In this document: positions 17,971-26,470 of the stretch, one piece after another
Numbering within the stretch: the stretch's first letter is position 1
How the letters are laid out: every line of letters begins with the position of its first letter
Source of the DNA: an uncultured Gammaproteobacteria bacterium
GTDB lineage: Bacteria > Patescibacteriota > Patescibacteriia > VMEV01 > CAZAJQ01
NCBI GenBank assembly: GCA_964485795.1
Contig: CAZAJQ010000007.1
Location: 3,880-67,879 of the forward strand
Length of the DNA: 64,000 nt
Reading direction: 5' to 3'
Made by a program: the position numbers and the translations under genes
The notes under the pieces: generated by a model
Databases searched by the model: none
What the model saw: only the letters and a program-made list of their open reading frames with translations
Told to the model about the DNA's origin: nothing

Positions 17971-18711
17971 TCAACTTAAGCCTTCATCAACGATTTTCAC
18001 CAAAGACTCCTCCCAACCGAAACAAGTCTCTTTACCGCATAGTTTTTCAAACACCCTAACACACTTGTTATCGAGTTTTGCGTATTCCTGAAGCATTAAA
18101 ACAACCTCCTCGATGAATCCGCCGACTGTGCCATTAGAATCATCGACGCCTCCCGTACACAACTTTTTATCCAAACGTAACAGCAAATCAACGAGTAATT
18201 CAGCAGTTTGAACGCTTACAGGCAAGTCAGAGACCAATTTTGCCAATCGAGCGCACCCTTCATCAAGCGAATTTTGATAAGAAAACCAAAGACGAGACGG
18301 TACATTGTAAGGTTTGATGTGGCTCATGGCCGAGGTAATGGCTTTTTTGATTTCCGAGATTCCCTCTTTGCTCAATTCTCCACGTTTACCGCTACAGATA
18401 GGACTACTGACTCGATTCTTGTCTTCCTTGGCCAACTTTTTGCCGTTCATTACAGCATGAATAGATAAAGCAACCATGTGTTTGCAGAGTGTGTCTTGTT
18501 GGCCAAGATAACATTCGCAATTTCCCAAACCGAAACGCCGTGCCTCGATTGAAACACGGTAAGGACGGGTTCCGAGGACTACGGCCGAATATGCCCCGAT
18601 TCCCTCCTCAAACCGCGTGACTTTGCCAGATTCATACAAAACAACAGCTTTCTCATAAGTCGGCTGATCCGTGGCGAATTTGATTTTGTCTAAGCCAAAT
18701 GATGGTTTCAT
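17971..18711 (-). CDS. SWIM zinc-finger domain protein (246 aa), the last gene of the RM-linked operon
   Basis: GNCECYLGQQDTLCKHMVALSIHAV matches the CxCx(n)CxH SWIM signature. Its start overlaps the stop of the upstream 1023-aa gene by 4 nt (ATGA). Confidence 0.7.
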   Translation of the reverse strand: MKPSFGLDKIKFATDQPTYEKAVVLYESGKVTRFEEGIGAYSAVVLGTRPYRVSIEARRFGLGNCECYLGQQDTLCKHMVALSIHAVMNGKKLAKEDKNRVSSPICSGKRGELSKEGISEIKKAITSAMSHIKPYNVPSRLWFSYQNSLDEGCARLAKLVSDLPVSVQTAELLVDLLLRLDKKLCTGGVDDSNGTVGGFIEEVVLMLQEYAKLDNKCVRVFEKLCGKETCFGWEESLVKIVDEGLS

Positions 18712-21700
18712 GTTGATTTGTTGTTTTCACCAATAACGCTTTTGAACTTCCAGAACGTACTGCCCCCCTCACGGATAAGAGAATCAATCAGAGTGTATGT
18801 GGCATTTTTTGTATCTTGATTTGAGTACAGAATCGTCAAGGCTTCGACCCACTCATCATCGTACATAAACGGCAAGCGCATCTTTCCGCCTCGAATACCG
18901 CCTTCCAGCAAGTGTAAGCGGACAATGTCAAAGGTGTCCTTGGGATTGACCTTGGCCAATTCGGCGATGCTTTTTACAAGAGCATAATCCCATTCCAAAA
19001 ATCCCGTGGTCTTTTCAAGAGTTTTTTTGGCCATTTTAGCCAGCCATGAAGAATCAAAAACTTTTTTATCCATATTCATCCAAAAACCGAAATCCGCGAA
19101 TATTTTGCCATCATCATGATTTGTAACCGCCCATTCCCAAAAATCAATCAATCTCTGCTTGCATTGAGCGTTTTTGGCCAGCAACTCCTTGGCTTGTACA
19201 TTATCGCCAGAAACAAACATGCGTCCTATAAAGCTGACAAATTCAGCCTGTCTTTCAACATCTTTACCTTTTTCCCAAAACTTTTTGAATAAAGGATCGT
19301 CAAAACCAAACTTTGGACAATAGAACATGAAGGCCAAGGCAAAGTGAATAGCAAGTCCCTCGTCAGGTTCCTTAAAATGTCTTCGTGTTTTATCTTCATC
19401 TCCAACCAAAGACAGCCCTCGTTCATACAGAGCTTGTATTTTGGGGTCAAAGAAAAGCTCTTCGTACAAATTGTTTGCAAGATAGCCCTCCCAAGAAGCA
19501 AGATACAAATAACGTTTTTCAGATTCTTCTGGGAAGATTAGAGGCAATAAGCCACTGATCCAATCTCGGTCGCGGAAATAAAATGTTGGCAGGTAATGGC
19601 CAAACATAAACATCAAAGCGCGCGTTTCTTCGGCCTTCAAGACGTTCTCGTATAAGAGTTTTACTTGAGCGTCAATTTTGATTTTATCGGTATTTAAGAA
19701 TTTTTTACCGTCCTGATAAACAAAAAGAACAAAGGATTGAAAAGCCCTTCCACGCACCGAGTTAATAGCCATCGTGAACGGATCCGTGACCAAATATTCC
19801 TCTTTTTGCCCAGCTAAACGCGTTTTGGACTTTGCAGTCTCAAGCTCTTCATCCTTCAATTCGGGATCGGGATACGAAAGCAAGAATTCATGTATCAGGT
19901 ACAACTTCTCCCGATATTTTGGGAAATCCAAAATAGTTTCGCCAAGATTATCATTCAGCAATTCCTGCAAAACATCGGTTATTGAGGATAGTGCGCCTGT
20001 CCAATTGGCAAGCCACGCATCATACATTTCACGATCACGTTTTTGTGCGTCAAAAGATTTTGTTTTACCTGATTCGGAAACCTCAAGCATGCTGTCAATC
20101 AATTCGTCCCAGTCAATCGCTTTTAAGTTTGTTTTATCGGCTTTAATCGCTTCTTGAACGCCTCGAAAGAAGCTGTATGTATAATGCTCATCGATAATCT
20201 CTCTTTGGAAAAACAGTTTTGCTTTTGCAAGATAATCACCAAATCTTTTGGCTATATCCGTGCGTAATTGTGACCCCACACCTTCCGCATTTAATGGATT
20301 TAGAAAATCCTCATGCGAGTTTTGTTTTGCCAGTGTCGCTGGTTGCCACTCATTCTTCAATTTTTCGACTATAACGGATATTTCAAGTTTACCGAATTCT
20401 TCTTGTGAGATGGCGCCTTTGGAAACAACGGCTCCTCCGCGCATATGACCGATTGATGTCTCGGGTTCAAACTTATCGTCACATCTTTTCCCGAATACCG
20501 TCTCGCATTTTTCTTTTTCATCCTCAGTCAAATATTTGCATACGCTGGACAATATTTGCCAACCATCGCGCTTGTACCAACTTTCCACTTTTTTGTCTTC
20601 GTTTGGTTTTCCGAAATACTCAAAAACATTTACTACATATTGGCGTTGATAATCTCCCCTCAGTGAGCCGAAAGTCTTTTTTAAAGCTTTTTTATACTCT
20701 GTTCCTGATTTGATTTCATGATAGTGCTTGCCAGATTTCATTACATCAAACAACCTCGAAAACATTTCTTCCAATTTTTCTCGAAAAGCCATTGGACAAA
20801 GACTGAGGATAAACAGCTTCAGCTTCCAGATCGATTGACTTTCGGGAATCTGAACAATGATTTTTTCAAATTGTTCATTAACATGGTCGGCTTTGTCGCA
20901 ATTTACGCCGAAAGCTCTTTCACCAAGTGTTTTTACGCAAGCGATTAAATCCTTAGCGTTTTCACGATCGGAAAGATGTCTCTGCTGATTCAGGTTCAAT
21001 GTGAATAAATCCGTATCATAAAGATGGAAAATGTCTTCGTATTCAAAAATCCCATCGTCATCGGCTTCCGCCAGCTTAACCGTTTCCGCAAGCTTTCCGC
21101 AGACCAATTTTAGTGTTTCTGCAACATCCTTTTCCTCAATATCAGCCAGATGTTCGAAAACTTTTGTGTAAGACAAATCCTTAAAGTAAAAAGGATTATC
21201 AAAAAGGTAGCCGTTGGAATTTTTCTTGTAATCATCTTTATTTTTGACTGCCAGCACTGCGTCGGCCAGCATTAGCAAACTCTTGCCGTCATTGTTTGTT
21301 TTCAAGGATTCAAACATTTTTTCATATTCGAAGCCCCATTCATTGAAGACGCTCATCGATTGTACCCAATTATCCGTCTTGATTTTCTCAACCATTCTCG
21401 CCAGTTCGTTTGCAGGCAATGAACCGCAAATCCGTAAAAACTGGTCTATCACCTCGGGATTGAAATTATCTTTTGATGTATCCACGGAAAGCATGATATC
21501 AACAATTTCTTTCGGCATTGTTTCAGCCATTCGAACAAGATAATTCAATTCAGGCGTACGATAGCCGTATCGTGTCGGGTTGCTCGATTTTTCCTTTATT
21601 ACATCAAGGAATCCGTTATCCCAAAGCCAAATCAACCATTTACCATCGGACTTAGTAAAAAAATATTGTTTTGCGTCAGTGTTTGTAGAAATAATTTTGG

Positions 21701-21779
21701 CAACCAAAGACACATCTTCGGATTTCGCCTCCCGAATAAGTAATTCATCGATCGATTTGTGTAATTCTATTTGGTTCAT
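18708..21779 (-). CDS. Large uncharacterised alpha-helical protein (1023 aa) with no recognisable catalytic motif, encoded immediately upstream of and translationally coupled to the SWIM protein
   Basis: Complete ORF that is Trp/Phe/Lys/Glu-rich (WLIWLWDNGF, WLANWTGAL). I could find no Walker A, HExxH, DEAD or obvious nuclease motif by eye. Both ends make 4-nt ATGA overlaps with the neighbouring genes. Confidence 0.7.
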   Translation of the reverse strand: MNQIELHKSIDELLIREAKSEDVSLVAKIISTNTDAKQYFFTKSDGKWLIWLWDNGFLDVIKEKSSNPTRYGYRTPELNYLVRMAETMPKEIVDIMLSVDTSKDNFNPEVIDQFLRICGSLPANELARMVEKIKTDNWVQSMSVFNEWGFEYEKMFESLKTNNDGKSLLMLADAVLAVKNKDDYKKNSNGYLFDNPFYFKDLSYTKVFEHLADIEEKDVAETLKLVCGKLAETVKLAEADDDGIFEYEDIFHLYDTDLFTLNLNQQRHLSDRENAKDLIACVKTLGERAFGVNCDKADHVNEQFEKIIVQIPESQSIWKLKLFILSLCPMAFREKLEEMFSRLFDVMKSGKHYHEIKSGTEYKKALKKTFGSLRGDYQRQYVVNVFEYFGKPNEDKKVESWYKRDGWQILSSVCKYLTEDEKEKCETVFGKRCDDKFEPETSIGHMRGGAVVSKGAISQEEFGKLEISVIVEKLKNEWQPATLAKQNSHEDFLNPLNAEGVGSQLRTDIAKRFGDYLAKAKLFFQREIIDEHYTYSFFRGVQEAIKADKTNLKAIDWDELIDSMLEVSESGKTKSFDAQKRDREMYDAWLANWTGALSSITDVLQELLNDNLGETILDFPKYREKLYLIHEFLLSYPDPELKDEELETAKSKTRLAGQKEEYLVTDPFTMAINSVRGRAFQSFVLFVYQDGKKFLNTDKIKIDAQVKLLYENVLKAEETRALMFMFGHYLPTFYFRDRDWISGLLPLIFPEESEKRYLYLASWEGYLANNLYEELFFDPKIQALYERGLSLVGDEDKTRRHFKEPDEGLAIHFALAFMFYCPKFGFDDPLFKKFWEKGKDVERQAEFVSFIGRMFVSGDNVQAKELLAKNAQCKQRLIDFWEWAVTNHDDGKIFADFGFWMNMDKKVFDSSWLAKMAKKTLEKTTGFLEWDYALVKSIAELAKVNPKDTFDIVRLHLLEGGIRGGKMRLPFMYDDEWVEALTILYSNQDTKNATYTLIDSLIREGGSTFWKFKSVIGENNKST

Positions 21780-22372
21780 AATGAGTTAGTTTTTTTTACA
21801 GCAAAATTCTGAATTTCAGACAATTTCGAAAAAAATGTTTTTACCCTCTCTATGAAAATGTCATCTTTATAACAATCTTCCAATTTCAAAGCATTATTTT
21901 TTAACAAAGCTATTAATGAGCCTTGAATAGTGGACGCATTATGATGATCTATTCCTGTAAAATATTGATAGTGTTGCCGAAATTCTTTAAAAACTTCGGA
22001 TTCATTTGAGGCTAATTTTTCACCTTCATTTTTATAAAACTTAACAAAATCCGATTCAAGTTGCCCTTCACTCCATTCATGAAATATTTCGCGCAATGAC
22101 GAGGCGCAATGTTCTTTCCATTCTGGATTATGTTGTTTGTTCGTTCCTATAGCAAAAATTGCACCTTGAAGCATTGTTACAGCATTGCGTGTGACTTGCT
22201 TCTTTCGGGTATCTCTTATTTTCTGATACAAATCATTAACGAATGTACCAAAATTTTCAACTTGTTCCTTGCTTATTCCAATCAAATATAAACCATCGGT
22301 GAAAGGGTCGGATATTGTTCCGTCCACCGATGTCCCTTTGCCTATTAATTCTTTATCAATAATTAGATCCAT
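21776..22372 (-). CDS. Hypothetical protein (198 aa), the first of three unknown genes downstream of the RM cassette
   Basis: Complete ORF. It starts 3 nt after the methyltransferase stop and overlaps the next gene by 4 nt. No recognisable domain. Confidence 0.6.
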   Translation of the reverse strand: MDLIIDKELIGKGTSVDGTISDPFTDGLYLIGISKEQVENFGTFVNDLYQKIRDTRKKQVTRNAVTMLQGAIFAIGTNKQHNPEWKEHCASSLREIFHEWSEGQLESDFVKFYKNEGEKLASNESEVFKEFRQHYQYFTGIDHHNASTIQGSLIALLKNNALKLEDCYKDDIFIERVKTFFSKLSEIQNFAVKKTNSL

Positions 22373-22375
22373 GTA

Positions 22376-23122
22376 TTAAACTTTTTGAAAAACGAAAATA
22401 TGCTCATGCATTATTAAAAGGAAATTCGACTCTCTCGATTTATTAACCCAAAAACCAGTTGCCTTACAATTAAACTGACGTTTGATTATATCCTCCTTCA
22501 AAGTAAAACCTGCCCCTAAAAACTTTTCCATAACTCGATATGCCAAAGGTTGATACATTTTATTCCTTCGCGTATCTCCCATTAGGATTGAGCAATAATT
22601 GCCTTTTTTCAGCACTCTGAATAACTCTTTTGCGACTTTATCCATTTCAGTAACAAACGACTCAATACTATGAATATTCGATAGATCCTCGTCGATTTTT
22701 CCTTCGCTGTACTTGATAATATCCGCATAAGGCGGATGAGTCAGAATAAAATCGATTGAATTATCCTGAAGGACTTTCAAATCTCGAGCATCGGCTTTTA
22801 AAACCTTCTGCCAAGACTGATTGTCGACATTAAAATTCAGACACTTTTTCGTCCGCTCAATAGCCAGATCGTTTATGTCTGAACAATAAAGATTGCGATT
22901 TAATAGCTTACATTCGATAGCGGTAGTTCCTCCGCCAATCATAGGATCAAGTAAAATATCGCCCTCCTTCGAGTATCGCAAAATTAAATTACGAACTACT
23001 TCTGGCGCCCAATTTCCCCTCCAATCAGATGTGTGAGTAGCCCAGTTGCCACGGCGAGGAAACGCCCATACCGATGTGCATTCAAGCTCAAAGTTATCTG
23101 GATTAAAATTGCTTGCTCCCAT
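22376..23122 (-). CDS. DNA methyltransferase (N6-adenine/N4-cytosine family), the second MTase of the GATC-type cassette. Its motif order I then IV is circularly permuted relative to DpnA.
   Basis: The AdoMet motif EGDILLDPMIGGGTTAIEC closely resembles the DpnA C-terminal EGDYILDPFVGSGTTG, but here it lies about 50 aa from the N-terminus. Motif IV LTHPPYADI follows about 70 aa later. Confidence 0.8.
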   Translation of the reverse strand: MGASNFNPDNFELECTSVWAFPRRGNWATHTSDWRGNWAPEVVRNLILRYSKEGDILLDPMIGGGTTAIECKLLNRNLYCSDINDLAIERTKKCLNFNVDNQSWQKVLKADARDLKVLQDNSIDFILTHPPYADIIKYSEGKIDEDLSNIHSIESFVTEMDKVAKELFRVLKKGNYCSILMGDTRRNKMYQPLAYRVMEKFLGAGFTLKEDIIKRQFNCKATGFWVNKSRESNFLLIMHEHIFVFQKV

Positions 23123-23124
23123 AG

Positions 23125-23979
23125 TTACCAGCTTAATTTATCAAGTACGCCGTCTTCTAGCATTTGAAGATTAAAAACATACTCATTATGGTTGTATGTT
23201 TCTTCAAGAGGACGCTTGGTTGTGTGCCATCCGAGACCATCAGTGACCCAAATAAAATCAATATTCTGCGCCTTCAATTCATCAAAAAGACTCTTGAATT
23301 CACCGCAAACAGCTTTAAGTTTTGATCCGCCTCCATTGTAAAAATTAGCTTCAAACAGTTTTATCTTCTTGTTTTTTGGATTGAATATTGCGAAGTCGAA
23401 ACTACGTTCAGATTTATCCACCCGAACCATTACTCCCCATTTATTTGAAATCGCCGTGGATCGAGCTTGTGCCAGATACTCAAGCCCATGCTTTGCACAA
23501 AATTCTTTAATAAATTGCTCAACAATTTCCTCCATCATGGTACCTCCGCGATTCTTTCTGCCATTGCTATCAAGTCCAACCTCAACGCCCATCACATAAT
23601 CAACGAGGTTTTTAACGCCGTCTTTTTTGAACAACTTCGCAAGGCCTGATTTTTCCAAAAACTCATAATACTTATCTGGAGTACTGTTACCTGAAGTAAA
23701 GTCGAACAGCTCAGTGGTTCTTTCTTGTTTATCAAATATTTCTAGCTTGCTTTCGCGAACTGCCAATAGCACTGGGAAGGCTTTCACGATGTCAGGATTT
23801 GAGGCAAATAACTTGTTAAATTCGGATTCCAGATTTTCCTTCCCGAGCAAGTAATTGAGTTTATTTAAAGTAATTTCCAGCTCTGATTTATTTTCAAAAA
23901 CCTTTTTCCAGTTTACGAAATAATCCCAAGTTTTAATTGAGCTCTTAAAAGTGCCGACTAACTGTTCGAAATTTTTCAT
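23125..23979 (-). CDS. Type II restriction endonuclease of the DpnII/MboI family (predicted GATC specificity)
   Basis: VDYVMGVEVGLDSNGRKNRGG, FEANFYNGGGSKL and IWVTDGLGW match remembered DpnII (VDYVTGVEVGMDTNGRKNRTG, VNFYSGSGSKL, MWITDGQGW). 284 aa. Confidence 0.8.
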   Translation of the reverse strand: MKNFEQLVGTFKSSIKTWDYFVNWKKVFENKSELEITLNKLNYLLGKENLESEFNKLFASNPDIVKAFPVLLAVRESKLEIFDKQERTTELFDFTSGNSTPDKYYEFLEKSGLAKLFKKDGVKNLVDYVMGVEVGLDSNGRKNRGGTMMEEIVEQFIKEFCAKHGLEYLAQARSTAISNKWGVMVRVDKSERSFDFAIFNPKNKKIKLFEANFYNGGGSKLKAVCGEFKSLFDELKAQNIDFIWVTDGLGWHTTKRPLEETYNHNEYVFNLQMLEDGVLDKLSW

Positions 23980-23984
23980 AAGTT

Positions 23985-24941
23985 TTAATAATTAGTAATA
24001 ACAACCTCCGAAATCTTTCCTCTCTTGCTCGCGTCAGAGTTTATCGCCCTTCCAGCTGAGACTTTGGAAAGTCTAATCCCGTCAAGGTTTGAATAAAGTT
24101 CGTTGATGAATGGAGTATCAGAATTGGACAGCATTACATAGCAACCTCTTGAAGCCAATTTAACGAACGTATCTCTAAGTTCTGTCTGCTCCTTTTCCAA
24201 AAATGATTCACTTGTGTAGGCAGTAAATGATGCGGTTCTGCTAACTGGGTAATAAGGCGGATCAAAATAAACAAAATCGCCTTTTTGAGCGTGCTTCAAT
24301 ACCTCCTTGTAGTCTTGCTTTTTAATTTCAACGGACTGTAAAGCATCAGATACTTTTCTTAAATTTTGCTCATCGCAAATAAGCGGATTATTGTATCGTC
24401 CAAAGGGAACGTTAAAACCACCCTTACTGTTTACTCGATACATACCATTGAAACATGTCCTGTTAAGGAAAATGAATCTTGATGCAATTTCAACATCAGT
24501 TAGTTGCGATACATCATAAGCGCGAACGCTCAAGAAATAATCCTTATCGATTTGATGTTTTTTCAGAGATAAAATTAAAGATTCAACGTCATTTTTTATG
24601 ACGTTATAAGTCGTCACCAATTCATGATTCATGTCTGATAAAACCGCATTGTCGGGTAGTAAATCGAAAAAGACTGCGCCACCACCAACGAACGGCTCAA
24701 AATATGTTGACTCTTGAGGATTGAAGCCGAAAGGTGGATATAATCCGAGTAGTCTGAATTGACTTAGTAATTGTCTTTTTCCACCGACCCACTTAACAAA
24801 AGGCTTTGGCTTAGACTGTATAATTTTTGAAACGTCCTCGATCAAATTATCTTTATTTGATAACAAGAAAACCTTGTATGCGTATATCGCATTTATATCA
24901 AAGGTTTTTGTCAGCTCTATAATGGCTTGTTCTTGTGTCAT
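23985..24941 (-). CDS. Dam-family (D12 class, alpha) N6-adenine DNA methyltransferase, DpnM-like
   Basis: KWVGGKRQLL, FEPFVGGGAVFF and FVYFDPPYYP motifs; 318 aa. Confidence 0.85.
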   Translation of the reverse strand: MTQEQAIIELTKTFDINAIYAYKVFLLSNKDNLIEDVSKIIQSKPKPFVKWVGGKRQLLSQFRLLGLYPPFGFNPQESTYFEPFVGGGAVFFDLLPDNAVLSDMNHELVTTYNVIKNDVESLILSLKKHQIDKDYFLSVRAYDVSQLTDVEIASRFIFLNRTCFNGMYRVNSKGGFNVPFGRYNNPLICDEQNLRKVSDALQSVEIKKQDYKEVLKHAQKGDFVYFDPPYYPVSRTASFTAYTSESFLEKEQTELRDTFVKLASRGCYVMLSNSDTPFINELYSNLDGIRLSKVSAGRAINSDASKRGKISEVVITNY

Positions 24942-24963
24942 GTTATTTGATCAAAATTTATTA

Positions 24964-25182
24964 TTAGACAGACTTTTTTATCAGTTTCAAAATATCTTCC
25001 TTGCGATAGCGTCTGTCTTGGCGCTCCCCGAAACGCACGGCTTTCAAGATTCCTTTTCTGTCCCACTGCCTCAAGGTGTTGGGGTGGCATTTTAAAATTT
25101 CCGACGCCTCTTTGAGGCTCAGAAGTTCGGGCAGTTCTTGGTCGTTTTGGTCTGAAGTATGCATTGATTTATCACTTAACAT
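24964..25182 (-). CDS. Excisionase/MerR-like helix-turn-helix DNA-binding protein (Xis-like)
   Basis: LSLKEASEILKCHPNTLRQWDRKGILKAVRFGERQDRRYRKEDI is the HTH_17/excisionase pattern. It is divergent from the phage-like + strand block. Confidence 0.65.
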   Translation of the reverse strand: MLSDKSMHTSDQNDQELPELLSLKEASEILKCHPNTLRQWDRKGILKAVRFGERQDRRYRKEDILKLIKKSV

Positions 25183-25245
25183 TTGATAACATTATTGTAC
25201 AGCAGAAAAAAAGAATCTGCAAACGAAAAATTACACGATATTAAC

Positions 25246-25854
25246 ATGACTATGACAACTGGAAATAAGGTTTTGGCTGTTATGCAAGCCATTGCCGAAA
25301 CCCTTGAAATTTCACCCAAGGGACAGCCAATGCAGATCGATCCGACGAAACTTGAGGAATCCCTTTCCAAGGTCGAAATAAAACAAATCTTTCAAAAACT
25401 TGCCGACGAGCAAGGTGTTGTTGAGTTACTCAGAACACCGTACTCCTTCGATGTTGTAATCGGCGAAGACCAAGACGTGTACAAATTCAACTTGACTGAT
25501 ATCGGCAAATTTCAAAAATATCTGGATGAGCTTAAACGCAAATCGTCCGACAAACAGGCAGACACGCGCACGCCCATGTTTCGCTTCAATCAGGGGGTTC
25601 TGTTCAGGGATTTTTGCGATACCATCCTCAAGATTGGCGGAGAAAACACATTCGAATACAGACTGATTCAAACTGCGCTGAGAACACCCGTTGGTGAGAA
25701 AATCGACACCCTAACTGATGAATTGGAAATGGACTGGCGCCAGCTTTATGATACTGCCAAGAGGCTTAACGATAAGATTAAATCGACTTTCAAGATAGCT
25801 GACTTTTTCATGATCGATTACCAAAACAAAAACATCAAAAAGACAATCGAATAG
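25246..25854 (+). CDS. Hypothetical phage/plasmid-like protein
   Basis: An ORF starting at 25183 is listed. The internal Met at 25246 leaves room for a divergent promoter. No domain recognised. Confidence 0.45.
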   Translation: MTMTTGNKVLAVMQAIAETLEISPKGQPMQIDPTKLEESLSKVEIKQIFQKLADEQGVVELLRTPYSFDVVIGEDQDVYKFNLTDIGKFQKYLDELKRKSSDKQADTRTPMFRFNQGVLFRDFCDTILKIGGENTFEYRLIQTALRTPVGEKIDTLTDELEMDWRQLYDTAKRLNDKIKSTFKIADFFMIDYQNKNIKKTIE

Positions 25855-25960
25855 TTGAGCGGAAACCGTTCAACGTTGAGTCAACGCCCAAAGAGTAGCC
25901 TGAAATCAAAGGCTATTTTTTTATGGCGCAAAAACGCCGTTTAACCATTAACAAAATTAT

Positions 25961-26251
25961 ATGACTCAACACACATTCGATCCGTCTTCCGAACCCGTTT
26001 ACGTTCCGCTGGACGACGCGGAAAATTATTTTTACAGCCACGACATCGGTTTGGTGGCTTATTTGCTTTGCCAAGATTTTGAACTGGTCGGCTTGGACAA
26101 AGCGATGCGAAACAAGGTGCTGTTCATTTTGAAAAAAGATGAAGCCATTGAAACCGAGATCAAGAAGTATTGGGACTTCAAATCGGCCGTGGACGCGCAG
26201 AGCTATTTCAACCAGATCAAACGGCTCAAAAACCAAATTTTCAGCTCTTAA
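25961..26251 (+). CDS. Hypothetical small protein (96 aa)
   Basis: Complete ORF, co-directional and tightly spaced with downstream genes. Confidence 0.4.
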   Translation: MTQHTFDPSSEPVYVPLDDAENYFYSHDIGLVAYLLCQDFELVGLDKAMRNKVLFILKKDEAIETEIKKYWDFKSAVDAQSYFNQIKRLKNQIFSS

Positions 26252-26260
26252 TCGAAAGCC

Positions 26261-26443
26261 ATGTTGTCGGACGAGCAAATCAAAAAATTTCAGACCCTCT
26301 ACAAAAACCGCTTTGGCAAAGAAATCTGCCGAGAGGATGCTTTGGATCAGGGCGTGAAACTCATCCGACTCATGGAATTGATTTATAAGCCGATGACCGA
26401 AAAGGACTTGGAGCTTTTACGGGCAAGACGGCAAACGACTTAA
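26261..26443 (+). CDS. Hypothetical small protein (60 aa)
   Basis: Complete ORF 10 nt after the previous stop and 28 nt before the primase gene. Confidence 0.35.
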   Translation: MLSDEQIKKFQTLYKNRFGKEICREDALDQGVKLIRLMELIYKPMTEKDLELLRARRQTT

Positions 26444-26470
26444 CGCATACAAATTTTAACCAAACATTAT

